From positions 1 through 28,726 of IMG/VR virus record IMGVR_UViG_3300038393_003173: a stretch of 28,726 nt of DNA; one strand, written 5' to 3'. The number at the start of each line of letters is the position of its first letter. The first letter of the stretch is position 1. The notes beneath the pieces are model-generated. The model was given only the letters and a program-made list of their open reading frames with translations, did no database searches and had not been told where the DNA came from. The translations under genes were made by a program, and so were the position numbers. The DNA is from a virus. Taxonomy: Duplodnaviria > Caudoviricetes. This document shows, piece after piece, positions 6,933-15,200 of this stretch.

Positions 6933-7063
6933 AGGGAATCGCCTTCATCGCGCAGCACGCGCTCGCGCACCGAGGTTGCGGGGTGTGCCTCTGCTTCATC
7001 GCGAGAGATGAAACGACCGGTCACTGCGCTGCGCCATAGCCAGCGGAAGAGACGGCGGATCAT
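6929..7063 (-). CDS. 44-aa small protein MIRRLFRWLWRSAVTGRFISRDEAEAHPATSVRERVLRDEGDSL (absent from the ORF track)
   Basis: ATGA overlaps at both ends fill the HNH-to-spanin gap exactly. RSAxTGRF...A..HP.T.V.E is a recurrent small phage protein motif. Confidence 0.75.
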   Translation of the reverse strand: MIRRLFRWLWRSAVTGRFISRDEAEAHPATSVRERVLRDEGDSL

Positions 7064-7554
7064 ATGACGTGTCTCCATGTTTTGCCTCTAATGAGCTGAT
7101 AGATGCAGCTCTCATCCACACCGAAGCGACTAGCGATGTCGCGGTACGAGAGACCGGCGGCGTGCATGTTGCGCGCTTTTCTGACAGTTGCCTCATTCAG
7201 CTTGGCGTGCGCGCCTTTGCCCGCTCGAATCGTGTCGATCAGGTTGTCGCTTCGAGACGCCCAGCGTAAATTGGAAAGCCTGTTGTCGCTCTTGTCCGTA
7301 TTATTGTGGCAGGCATCTGCGCCGAGTGGCCGTGGTCCGACAAACGCCAAAAGCATCAGGACATGAACAAACATTCCCTTCCGCTGCCCGCCTGTAGACA
7401 GCACTATGTGGCGGTATCCCTTGCACAACCCTGGCTTTAGAATCCGTCCACAGTACTCGGAATAAACCCGTCCGTTGTTGCTTACCTGGTAGCGAGGGAA
7501 GCCAGGGATGCTCTTCCAGATTTCCAATTGCGGAAGTACGATATCATCAGCCAT
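7060..7554 (-). CDS. NUMOD4-HNH homing endonuclease with C-terminal HTH
   Basis: EIWKSIPGFPRYQVSNNGRV (NUMOD4); VHVLML.AF...ACHNNTDKSDNRLSNLRW (HNH); SYRDIASRFGV (HTH). AAAGGA RBS before ATG 7554. Confidence 0.92.
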   Translation of the reverse strand: MADDIVLPQLEIWKSIPGFPRYQVSNNGRVYSEYCGRILKPGLCKGYRHIVLSTGGQRKGMFVHVLMLLAFVGPRPLGADACHNNTDKSDNRLSNLRWASRSDNLIDTIRAGKGAHAKLNEATVRKARNMHAAGLSYRDIASRFGVDESCIYQLIRGKTWRHVI

Positions 7555-7556
7555 TG

Positions 7557-7616
7557 CGCGGTCCTTTCGCGTGGTGGTCAGGGCTGAAGGCGGTGTTGCA
7601 AGCACCCCTTCGGCCC
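7557..7616 (-). promoter_or_regulatory. Structured leader of the HNH gene: a long hairpin plus a small hairpin holding the SD in its loop
   Basis: GGGCCGAAGGGGTG-cttgcaa-CACCGCCTTCAGCCC (7616-7581); CGCG-aaaggac-CGCG (7571-7557). Confidence 0.6.
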
Positions 7617-7648
7617 GCTTTTGTTCTAGCAGAATCACCGTTCGTTCT

Positions 7649-7984
7649 CTACTGTTTTGTCTCCACGGGAACGGGTTCGTCCGAGGTATTCACCACTGTG
7701 ACTGGGGCGGGCTCTGCTGGTAGTTCGTTCGCGACAGTCTGCCGCTCGATCTGGCGGACTGCGCTCTCTGCAACCTTGCGGCCTGTAGTGCTCGCGCCGT
7801 ATTCCGAGCTGATGACGCTGCCGCCCCAGCCCAGGACAATGCCGATGGCGAGCAACAGCGGCTCCTTGTTGCCGGGTGGGATATCAACCACGTAAAGCCC
7901 CGCCAGCGCGCCAAGCCCTCCGACAAGAACCATCAGGCCAATGAGACCGCGAAACCATCCGCTGTCGTGGTGATCACCGTTCAT
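7649..7984 (-). CDS. Putative holin (2 TM)
   Basis: Two hydrophobic helices, a YGAS motif and a charged tail; ATGA-coupled to the endolysin. Confidence 0.75.
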   Translation of the reverse strand: MNGDHHDSGWFRGLIGLMVLVGGLGALAGLYVVDIPPGNKEPLLLAIGIVLGWGGSVISSEYGASTTGRKVAESAVRQIERQTVANELPAEPAPVTVVNTSDEPVPVETKQ

Positions 7985-8679
7985 GCCCACCTCCCCGCGA
8001 TCAAGGACGCTTCGAATTGCTGCGCTTCCTTGGCGATCTCCTGAGCTTTATCGAGACCGTTGATGATCCGGCGCGCCTGAGTGTAGGCGTCGAAGCCAGC
8101 CTGCTCTGCGAGCGGCAAATAGTCCTTCAGCGACTTGCCGGTGAACCATCCGGCTTCCATTCCATGGACCATGATGCGGGCAGCGATATCCGGCTGAAGC
8201 GCCAAGTCCTCGTTTGAGATCAGCTTCCCGCCAAGGTCCAATTCATCATCTGCCCGAGCGTAATTCTTGGCCCAGGTCAGCTGCACATAGCCGCGGCCAT
8301 AATGCGGATAGTATTTGAGGTTATTGCGTCGCCATTCCTCGGATAACCAGTATGCCTCGCGCACTGGCTGAAGCGTCTTGTTCGTCTCATGCCATGCGGT
8401 CGCAAGTCCATACGCGGACCAACTGAGCGGCCAGCGGGCGACACCGAAAGCTTGAAGCAGCGTCTCGAAACCGTTAACCTGAGGCTGCGTCAGCGTGCCG
8501 AATACTGACCGAACCGCATCAAAGAACTTGCCCCCGTCACCCAGAGCAGTGGGATTGCGAACAGTCTGCCATTTGGCAATGACGGCATTGAGCGCATCGA
8601 CTTCTGACTGTTCAAGGCCCTCGCCCGTCAGTTCACGCTTAAGGGCACGCGCGGCATCAAAAAAGGCAGCAGCGCTCAT
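7981..8679 (-). CDS. Endolysin, glycoside hydrolase family 19
   Basis: AYGLATAWHET...PVRE...YGRGYVQLTWAKNY...ARRIING. Confidence 0.92.
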   Translation of the reverse strand: MSAAAFFDAARALKRELTGEGLEQSEVDALNAVIAKWQTVRNPTALGDGGKFFDAVRSVFGTLTQPQVNGFETLLQAFGVARWPLSWSAYGLATAWHETNKTLQPVREAYWLSEEWRRNNLKYYPHYGRGYVQLTWAKNYARADDELDLGGKLISNEDLALQPDIAARIMVHGMEAGWFTGKSLKDYLPLAEQAGFDAYTQARRIINGLDKAQEIAKEAQQFEASLIAGRWA

Positions 8680-9065
8680 TCAGGCTTCCCCTTTTTTTCG
8701 GCATCCATCTGTCGCTCGATCGAGACGATGCGCTGAGCTGTCTGGAGCGCTTCCCCCTCGCCGATGTGGTACGCCTCGGCGGCTATGGCGCGGCGCATCC
8801 ATTCGCCCTCACGTTCGCGGCAGGCATCCACCTCTACCTGGAGGTGATCGCAGCGCTCATCGAGGCGCCTGATCTCTGCTAGCAGGCGATCCCAATAGGC
8901 CGTGCGCTCAGCAGCTTTCGCTGCGCGCCACGCAAGCCACTTGTCGAGAATGGCCGGTGCTCCGCTCCACAACCTCGCGACGAACAGCGCCAGAATAAGT
9001 ACTGCCGTCCACGCCGCCGACGAGGTTGAGAACAGCTGGCTAACAGCCACACTGTCAAGTTCCAT
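8676..9065 (-). CDS. Single-TM plus coiled-coil protein (holin/antiholin-like)
   Basis: TM AAWTAVLILALFVARLW followed by a charged heptad region; coupled to the endolysin. Confidence 0.7.
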   Translation of the reverse strand: MELDSVAVSQLFSTSSAAWTAVLILALFVARLWSGAPAILDKWLAWRAAKAAERTAYWDRLLAEIRRLDERCDHLQVEVDACREREGEWMRRAIAAEAYHIGEGEALQTAQRIVSIERQMDAEKKGKPE

Positions 9066-9558
9066 CTCCGGCCCCGACCAGTGCGAGGCCGCCCGGCGGC
9101 CGATTGGGCATTACGCGACCCTTTCTTGAACCGAGCGTGGATTGAATTGCTTCTCCGCTGACCAACAAGAACTGGGCAACTACCAGCCAGTAGAGGCACC
9201 ACCACTTGAGCCACGGACTGATTGTCAGGACATAGATCGGCCAAGCCACGAGGATGTAGCTCGCGACCAGCCAGCGGTCCCACAGGCTGACGGCACGGCC
9301 AAAGCATTTGATCTGCTCACGAATGGTCGGGTAGGTTCGGCATCCTTCCCGCAACGTGGCTTTCATGCAGACCGCTGCAATGACGGCGATATCGGCCATG
9401 AAATAGACGGTGAGCGGGAGGTTATCGCCGCTCACCATCCATGAGAACTCGCCTATTGCCCAATTGCCGACCAACGCCGCCGCGACTGGATTACGAACTG
9501 CGGAGGGCAATCCAATCCCGATCACGACAACGTAGATCAGGACATGCGGCCAGCTCAT
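9055..9558 (-). CDS. Polytopic membrane protein (about 5 TM), unknown function
   Basis: Five hydrophobic segments; start overlaps the stop of the upstream peptide gene. Confidence 0.78.
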   Translation of the reverse strand: MSWPHVLIYVVVIGIGLPSAVRNPVAAALVGNWAIGEFSWMVSGDNLPLTVYFMADIAVIAAVCMKATLREGCRTYPTIREQIKCFGRAVSLWDRWLVASYILVAWPIYVLTISPWLKWWCLYWLVVAQFLLVSGEAIQSTLGSRKGRVMPNRPPGGLALVGAGDGT

Positions 9559-9671
9559 TTCTTGGGCGGAGGAGGTGGATCGCCGGAGCCGCCGCCGTCC
9601 GCTGGCTGAACAGGCGGGCCGTTGGGGTCTGGGATGTCCGGATGTTCAGGATGCGGTTTATCGTTGTGCAC
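9555..9671 (-). CDS. 38-aa Pro-rich peptide MHNDKPHPEHPDIPDPNGPPVQPADGGGSGDPPPPPKK (absent from the ORF track)
   Basis: AAGGAGG RBS 7 nt before GTG 9671; TGA overlaps the next ATG (ATGA). Confidence 0.75.
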   Translation of the reverse strand: MHNDKPHPEHPDIPDPNGPPVQPADGGGSGDPPPPPKK

Positions 9672-9700
9672 TGGACTTCCTCCTTCTGGTTGGCCTTCTT

Positions 9701-9716
9701 GTTAAACTTGCGTTAT
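9701..9716 (-). promoter_or_regulatory. CtrA-like box ATAA-N7-TTAAC between divergent small genes
   Basis: One mismatch to TTAA-N7-TTAAC, in an AT-rich patch of the 74-bp divergent gap. Confidence 0.45.
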
Positions 9717-9745
9717 TGATGCGCCCGCTCGGGTGAGGAGGCGAC

Positions 9746-9877
9746 ATGGTTACGAGTGCGGTGCGCGCAGTGCTTCGCGCCGAAGTTTTATTCGGGGCAG
9801 GGTTCGTTGCTGGATGCCTGCTGAGCGGCCTTGCTCGCGGCATCTACATGGGAATTTTCGGCATCCACGGCTGCTGA
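9746..9877 (+). CDS. 43-aa hydrophobic peptide MVTSAVRAVLRAEVLFGAGFVAGCLLSGLARGIYMGIFGIHGC (absent from the ORF track)
   Basis: GAGGAGG RBS at 9735-9741; one TM-like Gly-rich segment. Confidence 0.6.
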   Translation: MVTSAVRAVLRAEVLFGAGFVAGCLLSGLARGIYMGIFGIHGC

Positions 9878-9918
9878 ATTTTCCGTCCCGGCTTGATACG
9901 CTTCGCTAATGCGAGTGG

Positions 9919-9934
9919 TTGACAAAAAGTTAAC
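9919..9934 (+). promoter_or_regulatory. CtrA-like box TTGA-N7-TTAAC overlapping a TTGACA -35 hexamer upstream of the pilin gene
   Basis: TTGACAAAAAGTTAAC; a GANTC site (GACTC) lies at 9951-9955. Confidence 0.55.
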
Positions 9935-10027
9935 AGAAGCGCAGCCAACCGACTCGGGGCACCAAGATCAACAAGCTCCACACTTGATCCGCATTGAATG
10001 CGGGGCACATTCAAGGAGGACGTTGTT

Positions 10028-10222
10028 ATGAAGAGCTTTGCTTATATGCTGCGCGACGATTCAGGGGCGTCTGCTGCTGAATATGCGCTGATCCTCGCCA
10101 TCATCGGAGGAGCTATTGCCATTGCCGCGGTGACGCTTGGTCACACGATCGGCAATTCGATGGACAAGGCCGCGAACTGCATCAGCGCCGGATCGAACGC
10201 CAAGACGACTGACTGTCCGTAA
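10028..10222 (+). CDS. flp: Flp-family (Tad) prepilin, 64 aa
   Basis: AAGGAGG RBS; leader MKSFAYMLRDDSG then ASAAEYALILAII (Gly at -1, E5-Y6 Flp motif); hydrophobic helix; two C-terminal Cys. Confidence 0.92.
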   Translation: MKSFAYMLRDDSGASAAEYALILAIIGGAIAIAAVTLGHTIGNSMDKAANCISAGSNAKTTDCP

Positions 10223-10229
10223 TGCGCTT

Positions 10230-10280
10230 GCGGGAGGGGCTGGCGGGTTTTCCCACACGTTTTCCGCTGGCCCCTTCCGC
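10230..10280 (+). terminator. Long GC-rich hairpin between convergent pilin and tail-associated genes
   Basis: GCGGGAGGGGCTGGCGG...CCGCTGGCCCCTTCCGC. Mismatches are G-U pairs on the + transcript. No clear downstream U-tract. Confidence 0.6.
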
Positions 10281-11188
10281 TACACGTTGAAGGTCTTTGT
10301 CTCCGGAACGCTCCAGCCTGTCACCCCGCTTTGGCTATTCAGGTCGGTCCACGATGAATTATCGTTCGAACCCTGAAGCTTGAAGTCCTTCGGGCAGCGT
10401 GAGTTGGCACTGTCGCAGGAGATCGCGTATTGCGCGCAAACCACTGTGTTCGGAAACGCATAGGCAATCGACTGCGGTAGCGCAGTTGAGGCCGTATCGA
10501 TCGCGTAACCGGAACTCGTATTATTATCGAACAGTGCCGCCGCTGCATCCACAACGGTCGGCTGATCGGAAGCGAAGCTGACACCGCCGTTGGCCTGATC
10601 CGATCCGCCAACTGTGGCGCGGAACTCAAGCTCTGACGGATAAACAAAGCGATCCCCGTTGCCAGCCGTAATGTAGATTCGCAGCATCTTGTATTTGCCG
10701 CCAGTGTAATCCTGCGGCCAGGTGCGGGTTGCATTTCCAGATGCCGGCCAGCTCGGCTCGTAAATCTCGAAAGCGGTTGTGTAAGTTGAGCCGTCATCGG
10801 AATATCTGAGGCGACACGTTTTCGGCGCTCTTGCCGTGGCCGTGGTGGTGATAATATCGATCGAGGCGACCGCCTGGGCGGACGTAAATTGATAGCCTAC
10901 GTTCGTATTTGTAGCGGACGAACGATCCCAAGTCGTGCCGGTGTTTCCGTCGAACAAATTGCTGACTGCAGAAGTGTCTGATCCGCTGCCACCGGAAAAT
11001 GCCGTGCCGCCGCTGGTCGCGATTTGCGAACTGGACTGGTCGTAGAACTTGAACTCAGAGAACGAGGTATTGCTCGCATGTCCGTTGTTGGCGTCGATCT
11101 CCAGCTTCCAATAAGTGTGCGCACCGTAGGGACCGCTTGGAGCTGATGCCGCCTGATGCCCGAGCATCCGCGTAAGTGCGCCGCTCAA
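10280..11188 (-). CDS. Tandem discoidin / F5-8 type C-like protein, probable fibre-associated receptor-binding protein
   Basis: Two homologous halves (SEFKF..LFDGNTGTTW..APKTCRLRYSDDGSTY and SELEF..LFDNNTSSGY..CPKDFKLQGSNDNSSW). TTG at 11188 overlaps the upstream stop. Confidence 0.8.
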   Translation of the reverse strand: MSGALTRMLGHQAASAPSGPYGAHTYWKLEIDANNGHASNTSFSEFKFYDQSSSQIATSGGTAFSGGSGSDTSAVSNLFDGNTGTTWDRSSATNTNVGYQFTSAQAVASIDIITTTATARAPKTCRLRYSDDGSTYTTAFEIYEPSWPASGNATRTWPQDYTGGKYKMLRIYITAGNGDRFVYPSELEFRATVGGSDQANGGVSFASDQPTVVDAAAALFDNNTSSGYAIDTASTALPQSIAYAFPNTVVCAQYAISCDSANSRCPKDFKLQGSNDNSSWTDLNSQSGVTGWSVPETKTFNV

Positions 11189-12285
11189 GTGATGCCGTCT
11201 CCAGTGAGGCGCCATGTCGTGGAAGCGACTTTGATCGCCGTGGCAGTCCCATTGGCGGCTAGTGTCCGCGATCCGGTCGAGCTTCCCCAGCGAAGCGTGT
11301 CTGAGGTGATGGCTATGGTGACGTTGCCGCCGCCGTTCTCGTTGATGAAGGTGAGAATGGTCCCGATTGGATAGGCAACATTCGCGTTGCTATCGATCGT
11401 CCAAGTGTGGGCCGATCCGGAGGTGTGGTAGATATGTTTTCCGGCGTCCGACATTACGGTCGTGTAAGTGCCGTTTTGCGTATTTTGCGGACAGCCAAGA
11501 TACCCAGGGGCGTTGGTCGGCGGTGTTCCGGTGGCGGTTATCGTGGCCGAGTAATTGATGTTGGCAACTGTCGCGGCCAATGTTCCACTTGTCGTTACGT
11601 CCCCTGACAAGTCACCATTGGTGATCGAGCTCGCGCCGGAGAACTTGGTTAGGTTGCCGTTCGCTGGACTGCCGGTGGTCGATACCGTGCCGCCTGATCC
11701 GGAAGCGCTCAGCGTGCCCGCCGAGAAAGATATTCCAGAACCGATGGTTACGCCGGTCCAAGTGTTAGCCGCAGAGCGATAGTAGATCGTGTTCGTGCCG
11801 GTCAGGGCCGCCAGTGCGTCAAGGTCCGCATCCCACGCCTGCACATTGGTTCCGATGGCAACGCCAAGATTGGTGCGCGAGGTTGAGGCGCTGGCGACAT
11901 CGGAGAGGTTGTTCGCCGCTAGAAGTGCGCCAGTGGTTCCGCCGAATGATGCCCAAGCACTGCCAGTGTAATATATGGCGACGTTCGACTCGTCATTGAC
12001 GGTCGCCATGAACCCCTGCTTGGCGGTCAGGAAAACCCAGGCCGTATTCTCATAGAAGGCGATCTTGCTGGCGTTGCCGCTCCAATGTGTTCCGGTCGGA
12101 GAGCCGGTCAATAGGTAGCAGTCACCGTCAGATGGAGAGCCTGGTTCGGCGGCCGTGGTCCTGCTCTTGAACGTGAACTTGGCCGCGCCCTGTTCGAGAT
12201 AGCGCGCGATCTCGTTGACGGTAGATTCGGGCACGGCTTGTCCAGCCGTCAGCTCGGTGTAACCGAGCTTCGGTGATGTGCTCAT
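11185..12285 (-). CDS. Tail fibre with N-terminal DUF2793-like domain
   Basis: TSPKLGYTELTAGQAVPESTVNE...PSDGDCYLL...WSG...AWVF; NNLSDV and GTNVQAWDADL fibre motifs; Gly/Ser/Thr-rich. Confidence 0.85.
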   Translation of the reverse strand: MSTSPKLGYTELTAGQAVPESTVNEIARYLEQGAAKFTFKSRTTAAEPGSPSDGDCYLLTGSPTGTHWSGNASKIAFYENTAWVFLTAKQGFMATVNDESNVAIYYTGSAWASFGGTTGALLAANNLSDVASASTSRTNLGVAIGTNVQAWDADLDALAALTGTNTIYYRSAANTWTGVTIGSGISFSAGTLSASGSGGTVSTTGSPANGNLTKFSGASSITNGDLSGDVTTSGTLAATVANINYSATITATGTPPTNAPGYLGCPQNTQNGTYTTVMSDAGKHIYHTSGSAHTWTIDSNANVAYPIGTILTFINENGGGNVTIAITSDTLRWGSSTGSRTLAANGTATAIKVASTTWRLTGDGIT

Positions 12286-12297
12286 GAATTTCCCTTG

Positions 12298-15200
12298 TTA
12301 TGCGGCTAGCGCGAAACCTCGGCCGACAGTCGTGCTCATCTGATAGGCGTTGATCGCCGGAGGCGTCGGGAGAGTGATTCCATCCGCCGATGCCATTGCC
12401 GCCGTGTAGGTAAAGACGTTTGTTCCGCTTACGCTGATCGTGCGCTTGAACGTCGAACCGTTGTAGATATCCACTTCGTAAGCTTCGATCGTCTCGCCGA
12501 GCGGAATCGTGCCGCCGCTGCTCGACCACGATCCGCCCACGCGCGTACGCCGATAGATCGTGCCCGTGAGGTCGGTTCCGTCATAGGCCCATTTCACCCG
12601 CGCCGGAGCGTAGGGTTTCAACGTATTGCCGTCATAGGTGAGATCAATCGCCGGAGCTGCGTCAACGTCCCGGCCCAGCGACTGGATCTTGAACGACAGA
12701 CTGTCGCCAACCGCATCTGTCCCGATTTCGCTCGGGATGGCATTGGAGAGAACAACTAGCGAATCCCCGCTCGTATGGTTGCCGACATTGCCCTCCGTTC
12801 CTCTCCGACCTCTCTTGAAACCGGACAGGGTGTAGAGATTGGCGTTGCCCGATGTTCCCGTGAGTGTGGCAGTGGCGAACTGGATATATTCCCAGCGGTC
12901 GTCTGCTCCCAGGGCGATGAGGTTAAGCGACGGATCGGCATTGATCTCCGCCTCGGTATGGCTGGTCAGCGTTCCGTAGACGTTGGCGGTTAAGGTGTTC
13001 CCGCGATCCCACAGGTTAGGATTCGCGGTTCCCAAAGCCGAAGTAGCAAAGCCCCACGTCGCGCCGTTGGTCGTGTCCACCGAGCCGAACAGAATGGAAT
13101 AATCGCCTCTGGTGTCCCGCTCGTTGACAGTGGCCCCAAGCCAGGTTCCGGCGCCGTAATTGCCAGCCGCATAATAGATGATCGGGTTCACATCGTTGTC
13201 CGCGTCCTGAATCAGCGGAGCGTCGATGATGAAGCCTCTGGTTTCGGTAGGAACGGTGATCGTCTGGACATCATTGCCCTGCATGTCCGCGCCGGTCGTC
13301 GCTGAATTGACCGCCGCAACCGAAACCTCGTCACGGATGAACTCGCACTGCAGAACGCTTTGCGCTTTCGTCCATTTGTCGAGACGGGCATTGCGAAGCA
13401 CACCGTCGAGAGAGAGAGTGGTTACGTCCCCCGGCTCCAGCGCCAGCTTCTGGGCTGTCAGGGAGTTCTTGATCCGCTCCCGGCTGTTCCATACCCTCCT
13501 TATATACCGATCGGCTTTCTGCTGTGCGCCGTCCGCCGTGTCGGCATAGGTTGAAAGGTCAACCGTCTCTTCGCGTGTCGTGTCAGCAGCATCGAATGGT
13601 CTTTGAGCAATGGCGTTGTTCGCCTGCTGCTCGTGATCCACATCGGCGTAATTGAACGTCAGTTTGCGTGGTAGGTCCGTGTCCTGCTGGATGGTGACGG
13701 TGTAACGATTGTCCCCGTCCCTCACGAAGTCTTCCGTCAGGATCGTTCCCGATGGCGAACCGCCGCGGTTGACGAACTGAACCCCGAAATCATGCGGCCG
13801 GCAATCAACATCGTGAATGTCGAGCAGCGGGCCGATCATCTCCTTTCCCGCACCCTGAGTTACTGAGTATCCCTGAACGATCTGTGTCAAAGCAGTGGTG
13901 TCAGGCATCGTGGCGCCGGTCGGGAAAGCCCAGCCCGAAACTCCGTCAACGATGGTCTTGAGCGTAACTCCACTGGAACCGATGCGGTGAAGGTAGCGCC
14001 AGATGATGGCTGGATCGTTCGCAAAGCTTACTAGCGCGTCCAAAACACTGGAATAGGTCTGCCCTGTGTGCTCGGTAACGCCGGTCACGGGCCAAAGCGA
14101 AATGTCTATCTCTTCGATCACAGAAAGATCGAGAGCGTTGTAATGCGTCGGGCCTTCCCAGAAGTCCGTGGCTCCAGGAGCGATGTTCGGATAGGTCGAG
14201 TTCGGGTAGGCGGCGGGATCGCCCTCGTTCACCGCGGAAACGATGGTGTGGGTCGTCTTATCGATCAGGTACAGGTGATCTTGCTGCCGAACGACATAAT
14301 GGGTTCCGTTGTCGAAACCGTAGGCCACTCCGGATGTCGTGTAAGCCGTGGTATCGATGATCGTGGCATTACCAGGAACATCAGCCACGCACAGATTGTA
14401 GGTCGTTGACGGAGACCATCCGAGAGCTACCGCGTCTCCATCGGTATTGTTGAAATAGAATGTCGGCCAGAAATTGGTTGCAAACTGAGCAACTGCTGGT
14501 CCGCCAGCCCACAAACCATAATACTGACCGGTGAACGAACCCGGAATAAGCCAGATGGAGCCCCCGGCGAGCATGGCGCCGCTCCAGCCGACATGATCCA
14601 GCGAATCGACCGAAAGGACACTGCCGTCCAAACCAAGGACAACACCCGTGTCACCGCTGATGTTGACGCCGTAGATCGCGCTATCGGTGATCGCATAGAC
14701 ATATGAGATGCCGGAACCGACCGGAAGGACGCGATACACAAGAAGGGTGCGGTTCGGAACGTCCCAGACCTGAAACTCAGAGCTGATCGCATAAAGCCGA
14801 GTACCATCAGGCGAGAATTGCGACGGGGATCCCATGGTGCTGGGCGTATCGTCAACTTCCCAGGGGTAGGTGTCCGTCTTGTTGTTGACCGCTTCGACCG
14901 TGATGTTCGGAATGCGGTTGCCGAAATTGTTTACTGGAAGGCGTTCGAAAGCGATGTACGCAGAACCCCTGTAGGCTGGGCAGGAGTTGGGTCCGTAGCG
15001 ATCGTCGCACCATGCCTCGATCATCGGGTCCGGTTCCTGGGTCTCCGTACCCAGATAAATCCGCATGTTGCCGCCGACCGTGAGGCCAGCCGCAGCTCCT
15101 ACCGAAACCGGCCCCGCATCAGTGGTTTGATAGACGAGCTTTTCGTCCATCCATATCCGGGTAACGGCGTCGATCTCGTGGTCACAAATCAGGATCGCGA

